A stretch of 64,000 nucleotides of DNA from Kudoa neothunni (taxonomy: Eukaryota > Animalia > Cnidaria). The stretch lies in the NCBI GenBank assembly GCA_964304625.1, contig OZ199840.1:10115220-10179219 (forward strand). The letters are read 5' to 3'. A program made the translations under genes and the position numbers. Of this stretch, positions 27,300-40,751 are shown piece by piece (position 1 is the first letter of the stretch; every line of letters begins with the position of its first letter). The notes beneath the pieces were generated by a model, which searched no databases, was not told the origin of the DNA, and saw only the letters and a list, made by a program, of their open reading frames with translations.

Positions 27300-30200
27300 A
27301 GCGTTGATGTAAAATTTACTAAAAAATAGCATTATTTACACATTTAATTCTATTAATATTACTCTTGCAACTTTGAAATTTTTCATGTCTTTATCGTAAA
27401 AAATATTATAACTTATTATATTTTAGGATTTTCAATTACATGGAACCTCGTGGATATTATAGGTTGATAAATCCTTCACTTTCACTCTTAGTTTATAATT
27501 CTTTTCCTTCGATAACCTATTGAGACTGATGACGCACCCATTGGCTCAACAACCCTCCTCGTCACTACACCATACAATTATTGGCTCCGGTTTGTTTGCA
27601 TCAGTTGTCTCGTGTAGCATGAATGGGCATTTTGGGGTTCCTTCTTTATTATCAAAGTTTACTGTAATTTTTATATCGCTTTCTATGTCGTATGTTATGG
27701 CAACATTTGTTTTGACGTTATCTATTAAACCCATTTATTATAAGGTGAGAAAATATTTTTTTACTTGTCGTAATATCAAATGTTTTTCCCTTTCTTCCGT
27801 AAGATGGTTCGACAATTATTTCGTAAGTAACACCCAATCCGAGGTTTACTAGTTTAAACGTACTGTCGCATCTATTTTCACAAGCTCCAATTCCATCACA
27901 TGTAGCCATAAATTTTGGAGACGTTCCAACCTTTCTTTTAAGTTAAATTCTGCATATTGGAAGTGAATTATCAGCTTGAAAGAGTGTCAAAGTAGCGTTT
28001 CCTGCTTTCGTCGCTAAATCTGTAGTTTCTGGTGCATTCAAGTCAGTTCCGCCAGCTAGATATTATGTAAACGTTATGAGGATTGTAATTAGGTTTTACA
28101 TGTTCTAAAAGAAACTTTTCTGACATAAGGTTCATTAAAACCAAGGTTTGAAACTGTTACTGAAATCATGTAATTCGTACCAGCTGTAAGGGCCAGTAAT
28201 CGAATACGAACTACTACATTTAGAGTCACAATCACCATTGCTGCATCGAGCTGTCGTTTCAGTAAATATTGTATTCATCTTACGTATTTTAATGGTGCAT
28301 GTTGGATGGGTATCTTGTTTAATGATTTTGTAATTGTCTAAACCAGTAAGTTTAACTTCAGTCTCAGTGATTTCACTTAATCCAATGTCGTTGTCTCCAC
28401 CTATGAGAAATTAATTTATAAACAAATTAAACATTACTTATAAAATATTGTTTAAAACCAGAAGAATCAAATCTTCGTTTAACAATAACACCAATTTTTT
28501 TATAATCTTTTTTCAACTTAATTAAAGAATCTTGACAAAGTTGGTAACATCCATTCTCTGGATTATCGCAAACATTAAAATATTATTTGATTTATCTTCA
28601 CCATTAGCATCCACCTCAAATACTTTTATTTGGCACATTTCATCGTTATACGGACCGGGAGAGAATTTAATTTTAATTTGGTTATCTTTATTTGCGACGG
28701 CTGCTATAGAATACATAATCTCTGATTTTAGAGGAATAGTGCTATTCAGTATGGTGGTATTCAGTATGGTGGTATTTGTGAAATAGAATATTCCAGGCAA
28801 CGCAAGTGTTGAGTTAACTTTATAATAACTCATATATCTATCGACCGAGAAAGTTGCGGTCTTTTCTTTTATTTCATCTGAGTAACTTGATACGTTTAGC
28901 TTATCTTTTTCGGAACTATTGAAAGTGTCATCAGTCGTATCAACATATACCTCCCAATTATTTATCGACGCTGTCTTGTAAATAAACTTTATTTCGCCGT
29001 CACCATGATTTATTATGTAAGTATTTTTTTTGCGTAGATCCTAAAAAATAGTTGAAAAAGCTCTATCATTACATCAACTGTCTTTGAAAATAATTTTTTG
29101 AATGTTTAAAAGTTATTTCTTTAAAAAATCACTGATAATAATAATTACATACATACCCATTTTGGTCGAAAAAACTCTGGCCTTTTTGCAAGTTTTTGCG
29201 TCCTCGTCACTTTCTCCATAACAAACAGATATATACCGATCAATTTTAGAATTAGCATAACCTATATCAAAGTCTGTTTCTTTACAATCCACCAGGTACA
29301 AATTAGTGCCAGCATTTGAAGAACACGTTGGTTTAATTAATCTGGGTGTCTCCTCAAAATTGATATTTTTACAACGCATTTATATTTATCCGGAAATCCT
29401 GATAAGCTAATTGAAAATTTAGCTATATTATCACTAGTTTTTTGGAGTAAATTTTTGTATAAGTTTCCCAGTTCGAGTAAAGGCTAACAAAATATCACCT
29501 ACAAACATTTAATTAACTCTACCTGGAATTGCGATTTTAAAAGGTGAAGATTTTCCATTTACATAAATCATTAATCTATAATTATGTTTGTTGCTATAGA
29601 GCGTGGGATTAAACTGAATATCGTCGCATTTTTTAACATTCTCGGTTGGTTCATTACATTCGATACATGATTGTAGTATATGTGTCGGTGAAGCTAAACA
29701 AAAATTATAAAATTATAACCATTTTAATTACTATCATTTTTTTCGTGCACATAAAACTGGTAATAACAATTAGTTGTACTATCAATTTCATTATTTTGCG
29801 TTGGTTTTATTATTAGATTATTTTCGTAGACTTAGACGAAATTTTGAATTCAATTGTAATTCCATCTATTTATAATATATTTAAAGTTAAATAAAATTTA
29901 TACCAGTTTTTTCATTTTCAATCGTTTTGATCTCATAGTCCCCACTAGGTATAATTTTTATATCATAATTGGTATTCGAATACAATCCGATGATGCTAAA
30001 TTGTGTGCTGCATTTATTCACACACAATTTATTTTGCGAACATATAGCAGGATAATAATGAGGCGTTTTATTCTCTTTTACGTAAATTTTGCAAATATTT
30101 CCTAATTCAGACTTGGGAGTAAGTGTGAATCCATTTGCTTTCGAAATAACTGAAGTCTTCTCAATAGTAAGAGAGTATGATTGAGCTAAAAAAATTAATT

Positions 30201-33200
30201 ATAAAATATCGGATTATTAAGAATTACTTATTTTATGGTAAAAGTATTCTCTAGGAATATAATTGGGTACATTTGTTATTGTCACCATAACATCATTTGG
30301 TAAATTAGAAGAAGCTGGTGTAATCTTCATTTCTCCAAAATTACAATCTGTTGGGTCGGTAACAGCTTTCCTTCCAGTTTCACTTATTAATGGAGCGTAT
30401 ACATTCCAGATCTTCAATTCACAAGCTGCAGCAGGATTCCCCAGCTACTGCCGTACCATCATCTTTGTTGTTAATAACAATGTTAATTTTTATTTTATTA
30501 CTTTCTGGGCTAGTCACGGACGTATCGTTGCCGTGTTTCACTAGAATATATATTTTATATTTTTTATAATTTGAATTATTACATATATAAAGGTTGTTTT
30601 GGTAGCCAACAGTAGGATCCATTCCTAATTTGAGAACGCGTACTTTTACTGCCTTCACATTTGTTGGAATATTTCCAAACGTAACAATACTACACAAACT
30701 GTAAATGCAATTGGCAGTATTCTCACAATTGTTTGAAAAAAATTTATTAGAAGATGAGCTAGTTGCGTCAACCCCATTCAAATGTGCATATTTCTGAAGG
30801 TTCTTCGTTAACCAGTTTAATGGTGAATTTATTATTTTCATCATTTACCGCTAATTCGTAATAAAATCTAATAAAGACAGGTGCGTGATTTTTGATAAAC
30901 AGAATTGTCATAAAAATAATGGAAGTCGAAATATTTTGGGCAACTTATGTAATAGTCTTCAATTAATTCGCCGAATTGAATAGAATAACTGTCAGTGTTA
31001 CAAGATGTCCCAGATGGAGTTGCAGCAAGGGAACTCAGCTTATTTTCATCCGTGTATCCATCGCAGCTTAATAAACACTTATTTACTGAAAGTTTGATAT
31101 TGTCTTCATGCAACGTGGCTGTGTGCGTTATCTCCTCATAATGATCTTAAAATAGTTAAAATATTTACTCAAATTAATATTACCTATGTAGTATGAAAAG
31201 ACCCTTCCTACAGTGAAGTTGGTTGGTCGTGCTGATTCAGGATATATTTTGTCAAGAACGTACTCAGTGCTACTATAAATTACGCCGATAATTGATATAA
31301 CAATATCAAATGGAGAGACCCATCGTCTAAGAGATTCAGGTTTTTTAATCTCTAAATAGGTGACCGAAATATAATTTCGCTTATTTTGATTATTATGATT
31401 AATAGCGAATTCTGCATTAAGTTGGTTGCAAACCTTTTGAACACTCATAGCACCGTCTGTAATATTCACATAATCAGTGAAAGCGATATTGGATATTCTA
31501 ACTGTGCAACTTTTTTCAATACCTGGGAACAGAGCATTCTTGAATTTCACTTTATACTTTTTCTGTGTTGAATCATATCGAATAATCATATTTTGTTCAT
31601 CATCAACGAATTCTCCTAACATAATTACATCTAATCTTTATTTTAAATTAATTAGTTGATATCTCAATTTTCTCTTTCAAAATATGATCTTTATATATTA
31701 CAACTACTTCGTAAGCAATACCATCAGTGAGAGTTCGCCATTCAAATTCGACAGCATTTGAGCTTACAGTAGGAACACATTCGTTGTTCAAACAATCAAC
31801 TATTGTCGTTAAAGATTCTTTTTCCATCATAATATAACTCCAATAATTTCCAGGGTTTCCATTTGAAGTAGCAGAAATTTTTATAGTCGTTTTTTTGTGG
31901 AAGCTTCATCAGATTTATTTAAATTTACGTCGATTCCACTAGCTATTTAAAATAATTGTTGTGTTATTATTATATAAAATACTAGTAATTTGAGCGCTAT
32001 CAGCACAAGTATAACCTTTGGAACAAACAGTAATTTTGTAGTTCGTTTTTGGTTTAAGGTTTACAATCTTAAACGGGCCAATAAAAATATCAGAACAAAA
32101 TACCCTTTTACTTCCTTTATCACAGGTAGCAGGGAACTTTGCTGGTTCATTTTCTACCTCAAAGAAGTACAGTTCACATATAACGTTATTATCAGACCCT
32201 TCTGAAAAAAAATTGACGATTGTTAATGATAATTGCGTATTTTCTTTATTAGCATTAGTTGTTGTTATTGGATTTCCATTTTGAAATTCATTCCCTAATT
32301 AACCATTTAAACAAATCTTAAAACATAAAATTGCCTTTGGTTTTGAAATATAAATATCGATGATAATGTTTCACTTCAGGTGAATCTATGGTTTTTAACC
32401 CTGTTATTTTAACCTTTAGAATATATTCAATTAAGGGTGAAAGTCCCGTTATAGTTTTCGATGCGAGATCTTTGCATTCACCATTACATTTCGCATCTTC
32501 TCCAACGCTTTCTATCCCAAAAAATTTTGAAATAATTTTCATTTCTGTGATCATTGCTTTATCACAGGCTGTGCTATCTTCGTTTTTATTCAAATTAGAT
32601 AAACCAAAGGTTACTTCATCATTTTTATTTGTATGGGTAACAGCAAGTTGACTATTACCAACTAAAAAACTATAAAAAAGTTGAAATTACTCAAATTAAT
32701 ACATGTCACGGTTTGAATAAATTCTTTTTATATCGATTGTCCGACTGATCTTACAAGTACTTGAGCGAATTTAAAATCACTATCATGTAGTAATGTCGCT
32801 TTGTGGCAGGGTTGTAGGCATGGACCAGCTTTATTCATACTTGAGCAATAGGACGAAAAGTGCGACTCGTTAATTTCTTTTATACCGAAGTAACACAATT
32901 TTGATGGTTCTGGGTTCTGTACTTGTATAGTATAATAATGTTTTGTCCCTTTAGTTTGTTTTTTTCCAGTCGCAATAAACCAATCTTCAACGGGTTTTTT
33001 AGGATTGAGAAATATTTCAGGAGATTTATGGTTGAATTTAACAAAATATTTTGGTTGATACGACATTGCATGAAGAGTTATAATTTTCTCAGTGTAAAAA
33101 GCACTGTCGGAATCCACTATATTTTTTTCGACATCGTCAATTTTGAGAATATGGCCCTTAATAACTTTGCTCTTAGCGGAAACGGAAAATTTGTAATTTT

Positions 33201-33756
33201 TCTTTTTCACAGTATAAACGCTTTTTAAATAGAGGTCTAATATACAATAATTTTAGAATAATAAAATTTATTTAAATACCTTTGGCTTTAAATACTCTCT
33301 TTACAGGGCATTTTTTTACTTCAGCTTCGCTCTTTCCTTGGCATCATCTTAAATATTTAATTTTCTTAAATGCATCATACTCCAATTTGATTTCGACTTT
33401 TCTGCAATCATAAAAGCAACTTTTTGAATCATTATAAACTTTAACTTCATCATTATTCATAACAGTGGTACAAGTTGGAATAGCCTTAAGTGACAATTCC
33501 TCTTTATCATATAATACTGCAGAGCACATTTTCTGTGGCTATTTTCAATGTTGTATCCAGAAAGTGAAAAAATAAATTTTTGGGTGTCGGATTCAAAATT
33601 CAGTTTTGTTTTGCTATTATCAATGTCGTGTGTAGAGGCGAAATTTCCTAGCAAAACTAACAAGAAATAATTGTAATAACATGTTTAAAAAATACGAGTA
33701 AAAAATAAGGTGCATATTGTGGATAAACACCTCACCCTTTCTGACATTACTATCAT
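27300..33756 (-). pseudogene. Paralogue A of the large Cys-rich FN3-like surface protein; disrupted, with no recognisable TM exons
   Basis: Colinear exon-by-exon homology to B/C (e.g. QNPEPSKLCYFGIKEINESHFSS, FSPGPYNDEMC). TGA at 33344-33346 where B/C have TGG. Frameshifts near 33510, 29820, 29450, 29365 and 28580. Boundaries are approximate. Confidence 0.75.
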
Positions 33757-35344
33757 TTTTGGAGATGAGAATGACGTTTAATAGTATTTAAATATATGAA
33801 TATGGATCTATATTGTTATTTAAGAACGAAAAATCTATTTATTGCATTAATTCGGTGAAATTTAATCCCAAATTTTCTATTAAGCTTTAATTGTATTTAT
33901 ATGTTGAATACAATAAACACTATAAGTAAATATTATGTTAACAAGATTTTAAATTATTTACTAATTAGCGAACCCATGTTTTCTAGGGTTATATTCAATT
34001 ATAAATTAAATATATAAAATTTTCTTTTTATAATTTATCACGAGAAATATTATTCTACAGATGATAATTTATTTTCTGGTTTTCTAATGGGATTTCAAGT
34101 GATGTAATATTTTTGTTACTGAATGCATTTCGCGCGTGAGCGGCCAAAAAATCATATTTATTTTATTATAACTATATGTCCTATTAAAATGATATCAGTT
34201 ATTTATAATGAATGTATGAAAATTTTTTCAGATGATGATTCATTACATATTTTTGGTGAATATTGATGTTAATTTTAAGAATGGGAACATAAATGTGATT
34301 TTGAATTATTTAAAACATTCATAGGACATTATAATTTAATGCTTGGCAATTGTGAAGCGTGTGGCATCCCCCGGTTTTAGCGTGTTTGCGGGTTTTTCGT
34401 CTAAAACAGTTCCAAAAAATCTTATATGCTCACTTCATACGAAGCGAGTAAAACTTTTCTCCTAATCACAATACGGTAATGTAATCAACAACATATTCCT
34501 CGTTTTAAAAGCTGGTTTCTAAATCTCACTATGAAGGAATAAAAATTAGAGTACCATTCTTGCATTAAAATGTTTATTATATTTTTATATTATATTCTAC
34601 TGAAAACAATTTTACAATATGCTTTTATTAATAGCTGTTGCTCAGAAATGTAGAATATTCAACATTTCTCTATATTAATATCACCTTCTTATTTAAATTG
34701 TTTCTTAATTAAGGCACTATAATTATTGTTAGTAGTTGGAATTTTTTTCAGTCAAAACTTTATATTCTTAGAATAAATTATTGAGCGGTATTTGATAAAT
34801 TGTCTCCTTAACTGTATATAGAGTATGATTCTTAACTGAGAAATTGTTAAAAAATTAAAATAATAGTTCCTAAAAAGGTTATTAATTGAGATTAATCTCT
34901 AGGATCGAAATTTTTTTTGGCGGACTATTATTAATGAAAAATTAACTACATTATATAGTTAAGTTCATAAAAGTGTTTTTGACTCAAATATTCAACATCG
35001 ATTTTTTTTCTTGGTTAAATGTAATTATTTTTTTTATTGTTCAATTTCTTTTTTTCTGTATTTTCTTGATCTGTAATGGAACAAAGAATGACAAATATCA
35101 ATTTAAGGGTTTAATTAAATTAACTAAAATCTATAAGAATATTCTATGATTTCAGGCGCTCAAATTCCACCTCAACGTTGAACCAAAATACATATTTTAT
35201 TTTTTTAAGTTTTTAAACAAATATTTTGGTTAATATAGTGTTAATTTAATTATTATATTCCAATGATGTTGAATACTAATACTTTTTTTGTAACAAACAA
35301 AAATCAAACTAAATGCTCTTAATTTGTTGTTATTTGAAAGTTTT

Positions 35345-35740
35345 TTTATAAAGGCAGTGGCTATTACCACGCTAGCGTATGATCCCATGTTGGAGCTGTC
35401 TATTGCCACGAAAACGAATTTTTCCTTATTCTGAAAATGCTTAGATCTATAATTTTTGTTACATTCAAATATATTTTTATCTATTAAATTTTAAATGTTC
35501 GCGTCAAAGTTTACTATATAGATATTACGATAAAGAGCTGTTTTGTGCTACGTTTAACTAATGTTGGTGGCTTAAAAATCTAAAATATCAGTTTATTTAT
35601 ATACAAAAAGTGATAACTAAAACATTTTTTGATGTTATACCAAAACAACTGAATATTTCCTGGCTGTTTAGAACCTTAATTCAATGATCCATCCTCAAAT
35701 CGACCTAATTAAATCTAAAATACTATAAATACACAACCTT
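35345..35740 (-). repeat. Dispersed Tc1/mariner-like terminal repeat, copy 2 (inverted relative to copy 1)
   Basis: Ends ACACAACCTT followed by (TA)n. Its reverse complement aligns along 25811-26184. Confidence 0.65.
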
Positions 35741-37899
35741 TATATATATATATATATATATATACATTTTTCTGTTCGTTAAAAGAAATTTAGTACCTAC
35801 GGTTTTGGATTAATGATATTTACCTGACCTTTTAGGGTACTATAAATGGATAACTCTGAAAACGGTGTAAAGGTGTTATGAAAATAATCTGACAAAACTT
35901 GTAATACTTATAAAAATGAATTATACTTAATTTTATATTTATTATTAAGGATTATAGATAATTAATTATTTTGATGCATTTATGTGTCAAATTTTTTATG
36001 AAATTATAATGTGAGCGAATAAAAAATAATAGAAGACAATGTTGAGAGTAATATCATTTAAGTAGAGGAAGATTTATCTCGTCTATTAGCTAGGAGATTC
36101 TTTATTCATACGAAGAAAAATCATTATGTGAAATTTGTTCTCTTCCAAAAAATTTAATGGGAAGTTAAAATGCTGTTATATTTACTATATTTGTTATTTT
36201 GGTGACCATTATCGTAATAGATCAAAGGGTGTAAGTGAGGCTAAAACTTTGTGAGGCATCGGCCAGGCTCACATTAAGGTAGGAGTCAGCTCCGATGGAA
36301 TAATCGTGAAGTAAAATTTTTCCACCTACAAGATAATCACATAAAAAATCAGATTCTTTTCAAGTTTACAGCCATAACGTAAATTCGTCCGCAATAATAA
36401 ATTAAAATAAGAATAAATTTGTGTATTTGCCAATGAAAAAACGTTGCGATCTAAAATGCAGTAAGAAACCGGTGAAATAATTACATGCAATGCCGTAAAT
36501 ATACTACAAATATATCTTCCTAACGTAATTAAACAAACAATTTTTATAAGATTTTAACTGTGGATCATAACTGTGATGTTAAATTTCTTACTGGGGATGC
36601 GAATCATCTCTGTGCAATGATATTTAAAGACGAAGAGATGAAGGTTTCTTCCTTTTTTTATAATTTCTTTGTGTAGATGCAACCCAAAAATTACTGGAGT
36701 CGCGATAAAAACTCACTATCCATACTTCATTCATTTTTTAAACTCTCAATTTCATTTAACTTTCTTCGATGTTCCCCAATACCTAACAGTTAACGATTTT
36801 CCATTAAGCGAGTTATATAAGTAGTGCATGTATTATTCATAAAAAAAGAAGTCATTTTAAACCAGTATATTAATGAATTAATATCTATTCTTTCATCGGT
36901 AAAGGAGGTATTTTCTGTTAAAACTGATAAAGATTAGAAACTCTCAGTCTTGAGAATCAATTATCTGAAATCTAAACTATTTATGTGTAAATTTCACATT
37001 TTCAAATTGTTGAGTGGAGAATATTGCTTTTTGTATATAATATCACTCGAGAATTAAAAGATTTGATATTACAAATTCTTCAACAAATAGTCATCGTTAG
37101 AAATTAAGGTGATTATCAGAAAATGTGTACTGAGCTTGACAGCTAAACGCTGTCAACATTAATTTGTATTTTAAAAGAATTGGGATCTAATTAGATCACA
37201 GTGAATTAATTTATCAGGCAATATAAAATTAATCAAATCTACTGGAATACTAGGGTTTTATTTTATTTGTGACTACCCACATTTTTGGCTGATTTTACAC
37301 TTTTTAAAAGGTTTAAAGCAATATAAAGACTAAGGGGTTTTAGAGTGACCGCAATCGGGAAGAAAGGGGGAAAATAGTAAACTACATAACTGAATTAAAA
37401 AAAAGTTTATTCGTGGGCTGTCAATCATTAGTGCGTAATTTTTTCTATTTGTCGTAAAATCTTAAATACTCAAAGTTAAATCAATGATTATATGAACCCT
37501 ATTATGACTTGCGAATCCGATGTTGTGTTTAAGATATCCATTATTTATTCTTTCATCCTTTTAAGTAAATAATTTTATCATCAAATATTTAATAATAACT
37601 AAGTAACTATTACAAAAATGTGAAAAATACGCGGTTATATGCTGCAAATGCCAAATATAGGTGGATGAATTATCATATGAAAATTAGAATTTTATAGTAT
37701 ACAAAGTTCTCAATAAAAATATATGAACAGAAATATATAATATTCTGTGGTTATGGGGAAATTCGTTTTCGTGGCAATAGACATCCCCAACATGGAATTA
37801 TACGCAGGCGTAGTAATAGCCACTGCCATAATAAAAAGGCCTAAATGGCCAGTTCCATTTTTGTGTCTTTTCTTGAAAAATAGAATAGGCAAATCATTA

Positions 37900-38745
37900 T
37901 TCATAAGAAAAAATTTTATTATTTCTCGACTATTTCGTAGCCTACAACAAAATATTTATCGAATGTAACACTGCTACTTTCCTTCGAACACAACCAATGT
38001 GCTACAGCCACTGAATCAGGGAATTGTTAAAGTTTTAAAATGATGCACAAAAGAAAGCTAATGACGTCATTTATACATTAGATCGAATTTCAAGATATTA
38101 GCTACGTTGTAACTAATGCCTTGAATGTTATTCATTCGACAACCAAATTATGGGAATACATTAAAACGGAAACCATAGTTAACTGTTTTAGGAAATCATT
38201 TTTCTCCTCTGAAAATCCATTAGATGATGATAAATTTAATCATAACATAATTGAGCTGATTGAAGGAGGAAAATCACTAGAATTAACAAATCCTATTGAA
38301 GAAACTCTTGAAAGAGACACAGTCGACACCTGATATCTTTACCTTTACAACACCAGATTTTCGTGATTTTGACAGGATTGATGACGACTCTGATTATATT
38401 GATAAAGTTACTATATCAAACCAAGAGGAACTATATTAATTGGTTAAATTTAGAAAACTCTTTCTAAATAAAATTTTGTCAATGATTGACAATACAAACA
38501 ACTTGAAATGGTTGATTCAATATTTTACCAGTTTTTTTCATAACAAAAAAAAAGAACATTATTTTAATATGAAAAAATAAACAAGTTAATTTTTTCTTTA
38601 AATTGATTTATTATTGATTATATTGTCGATGGAAAACTGTTATTTATACCTTAACGCATGAGCCATTCGAACGTGTCCAACGCGAAAATCGATACAACGC
38701 AGTGATTTTCGTCTTCCCAATTTCTGCGTTACATCCATACACTTA
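37900..38745 (+). mobile_element. Tigger/pogo DDE_1 remnant
   Basis: PSNTTNVLQPLNQGIVKVLK and KLWEYIKTETIVNCFRKS. Confidence 0.7.
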
Positions 38746-39111
38746 ATAATTATTATCTATAAGAATTCCAAAAAATAATTTATTTCTTAACTGTTTTAAA
38801 TATTCAAATTATGCAAATATGTTTCCTACTTCAAATAAGTGAGCAATTACCACAAAATTAAATAACGTTTCTTGGCGCACACTCATATTAATAGAAACCA
38901 AAATTGTTTATTTTCTCTAAGTATTTTCCTTATTGTAAAATTTTAGTCAAATATTTTTGTTTTTTAATTTTGTTAAACGTTGAAATAATGGAAAAAACTA
39001 TTTTAGCCCCAGACTTCTTACAATAATGTTGTAATTTCCAATAATGTATTTTTCTCTAAAAGTGTTATTTATGTTAGGCCAAAAATTGTTAATTAAAAAT
39101 GTGAATCTTAA

Positions 39112-40281
39112 CCCTCTAATGATCCCAAAAACGATGAACGTGTAATGGACTTTGGGGTAAACTTTACCCCAAATTTTTTTGAATTACATCAATTTAAAAA
39201 ATCCAATAATCAATATTGTGAAAGAATTTTTAATTTCTATGGATGAAACGATGGCAAATGCATATTAAATTTAGACATAATCCGCGTGATAATCGGCTTC
39301 GCGCACGATCCGTCCCATATCGGTACACATCGATGTTTCATTACAAAAATAATTGCGTTAATGCAGCGGAGTTAAACGTGTTGCACCAGTTGAAATATTA
39401 AAAAAACGTAAGAAAAATTCTTGAAAGTTACGAGAAGTTATAACAGTTTTTAAATGCGTGAAATGGACAATAAAATTTATAATATTCGCGCGATTTAGGA
39501 GATTTTTTATCATTTTTCCTCTCATTGTATCCATATGTTACTCGATCTAAATTAAAAAGAGGTTCCTGTTGAGAAGCATAAACAATGCTAGAACCTGTTT
39601 TGATTGTTTTGTTTGTGGAGTTTGTTGTCAACAATGTTTCGTATAATTGTTCTGCGGATTTTTTAAGAAAATAACGCACTCTGATTTATTAGGAACATAA
39701 GGTACCAACATATACTTTTCATGCAAAACAAAAATGTTGCCCCAACAGGATCCATTTGGTGATGATTGGAGGCAAGGTGGTACCATTTTATTTTTTCCCG
39801 GAATGTCTCTACGGTTAATTTTTTCAACAATTTTTCTGCAAGAAACATTGAAAAGAAGAAAATTTCGTCAAAACCGTGATATTCATTCTCTGATAAACAA
39901 AATTCATCGATGAAATCGCTAGAATCACACATCATCGTACAATTTACGCATGCGATTTATTCACTTTATCTAACATTTCCTTACTTTATACAAAAACTAC
40001 TCTTGAGAATTTCATTATATTTAAATTCGAAATTGTTTACATTTTTTGAAATATTATTAATAAAAAAACATAGGGTAAATTTTACTCCAAAGACCATTAC
40101 AGGATAAAAGAAAAATTAGAACTTATACAATAATTTCTCGCAAAAAATTTTTTCATCCAACCAAATGAAAAATTATATCACAATAATAACTGGAATCTAT
40201 TAGGTATTGGTTTACTGTATAAAATGATATACCATTAATAAAATCGTTATGGGTAAAACATACCCCAAAACCATTAGAGGG
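39112..40281. mobile_element. Non-autonomous piggyBac-type element
   Basis: TTAA|CCCTCTAATG ... CATTAGAGGG|TTAA, with subterminal palindromes GGGGTAAACTTTACCCC and GGGTAAAACATACCCC. Confidence 0.85.
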
Positions 40282-40751
40282 TTAAATAGGTCTTTAGGTT
40301 CGGAGTTATTCCCCCTGTAGCAATAGACAATCTCCACATGCGGATTATACGGATCCGTAGCAATAGCCAGTACCAATTTTATTTGGTGAAACAGGTCTAA
40401 CTTTTAATGTTAAGATGACTCTAACATTAAATATAATAAATAAGATGAATATTTATCTTTAAATATTCAAGAACTTGGACTCCTTTCCAAGTTGAATACA
40501 ACTCGAAAACTCCATGTTATGTTAAGGTAATCCATTTTTTTAAGTCAATAAAAATATATAGCTTCTTGATTATTTGTGTCTGAAATAAAATAAAGAGATT
40601 AAATAAATTGGTATTAATGAAATTAATTAATACCCATTGATTAGAAACCTAATAGGATTTATTTTTCTTTTTTTAATGAAAACAATCGAGTATCACAGTA
40701 GTAATTGGTATAATTTTTCGTCTAACGACTCAAGTCATTGAGAAACACATT

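Noticed and set aside
33344-33346. TGA at a conserved Trp suggesting an alternative genetic code
   Set aside because: Seen only in decayed sequences (paralogue A, transposons). Intact genes use TGG for Trp.
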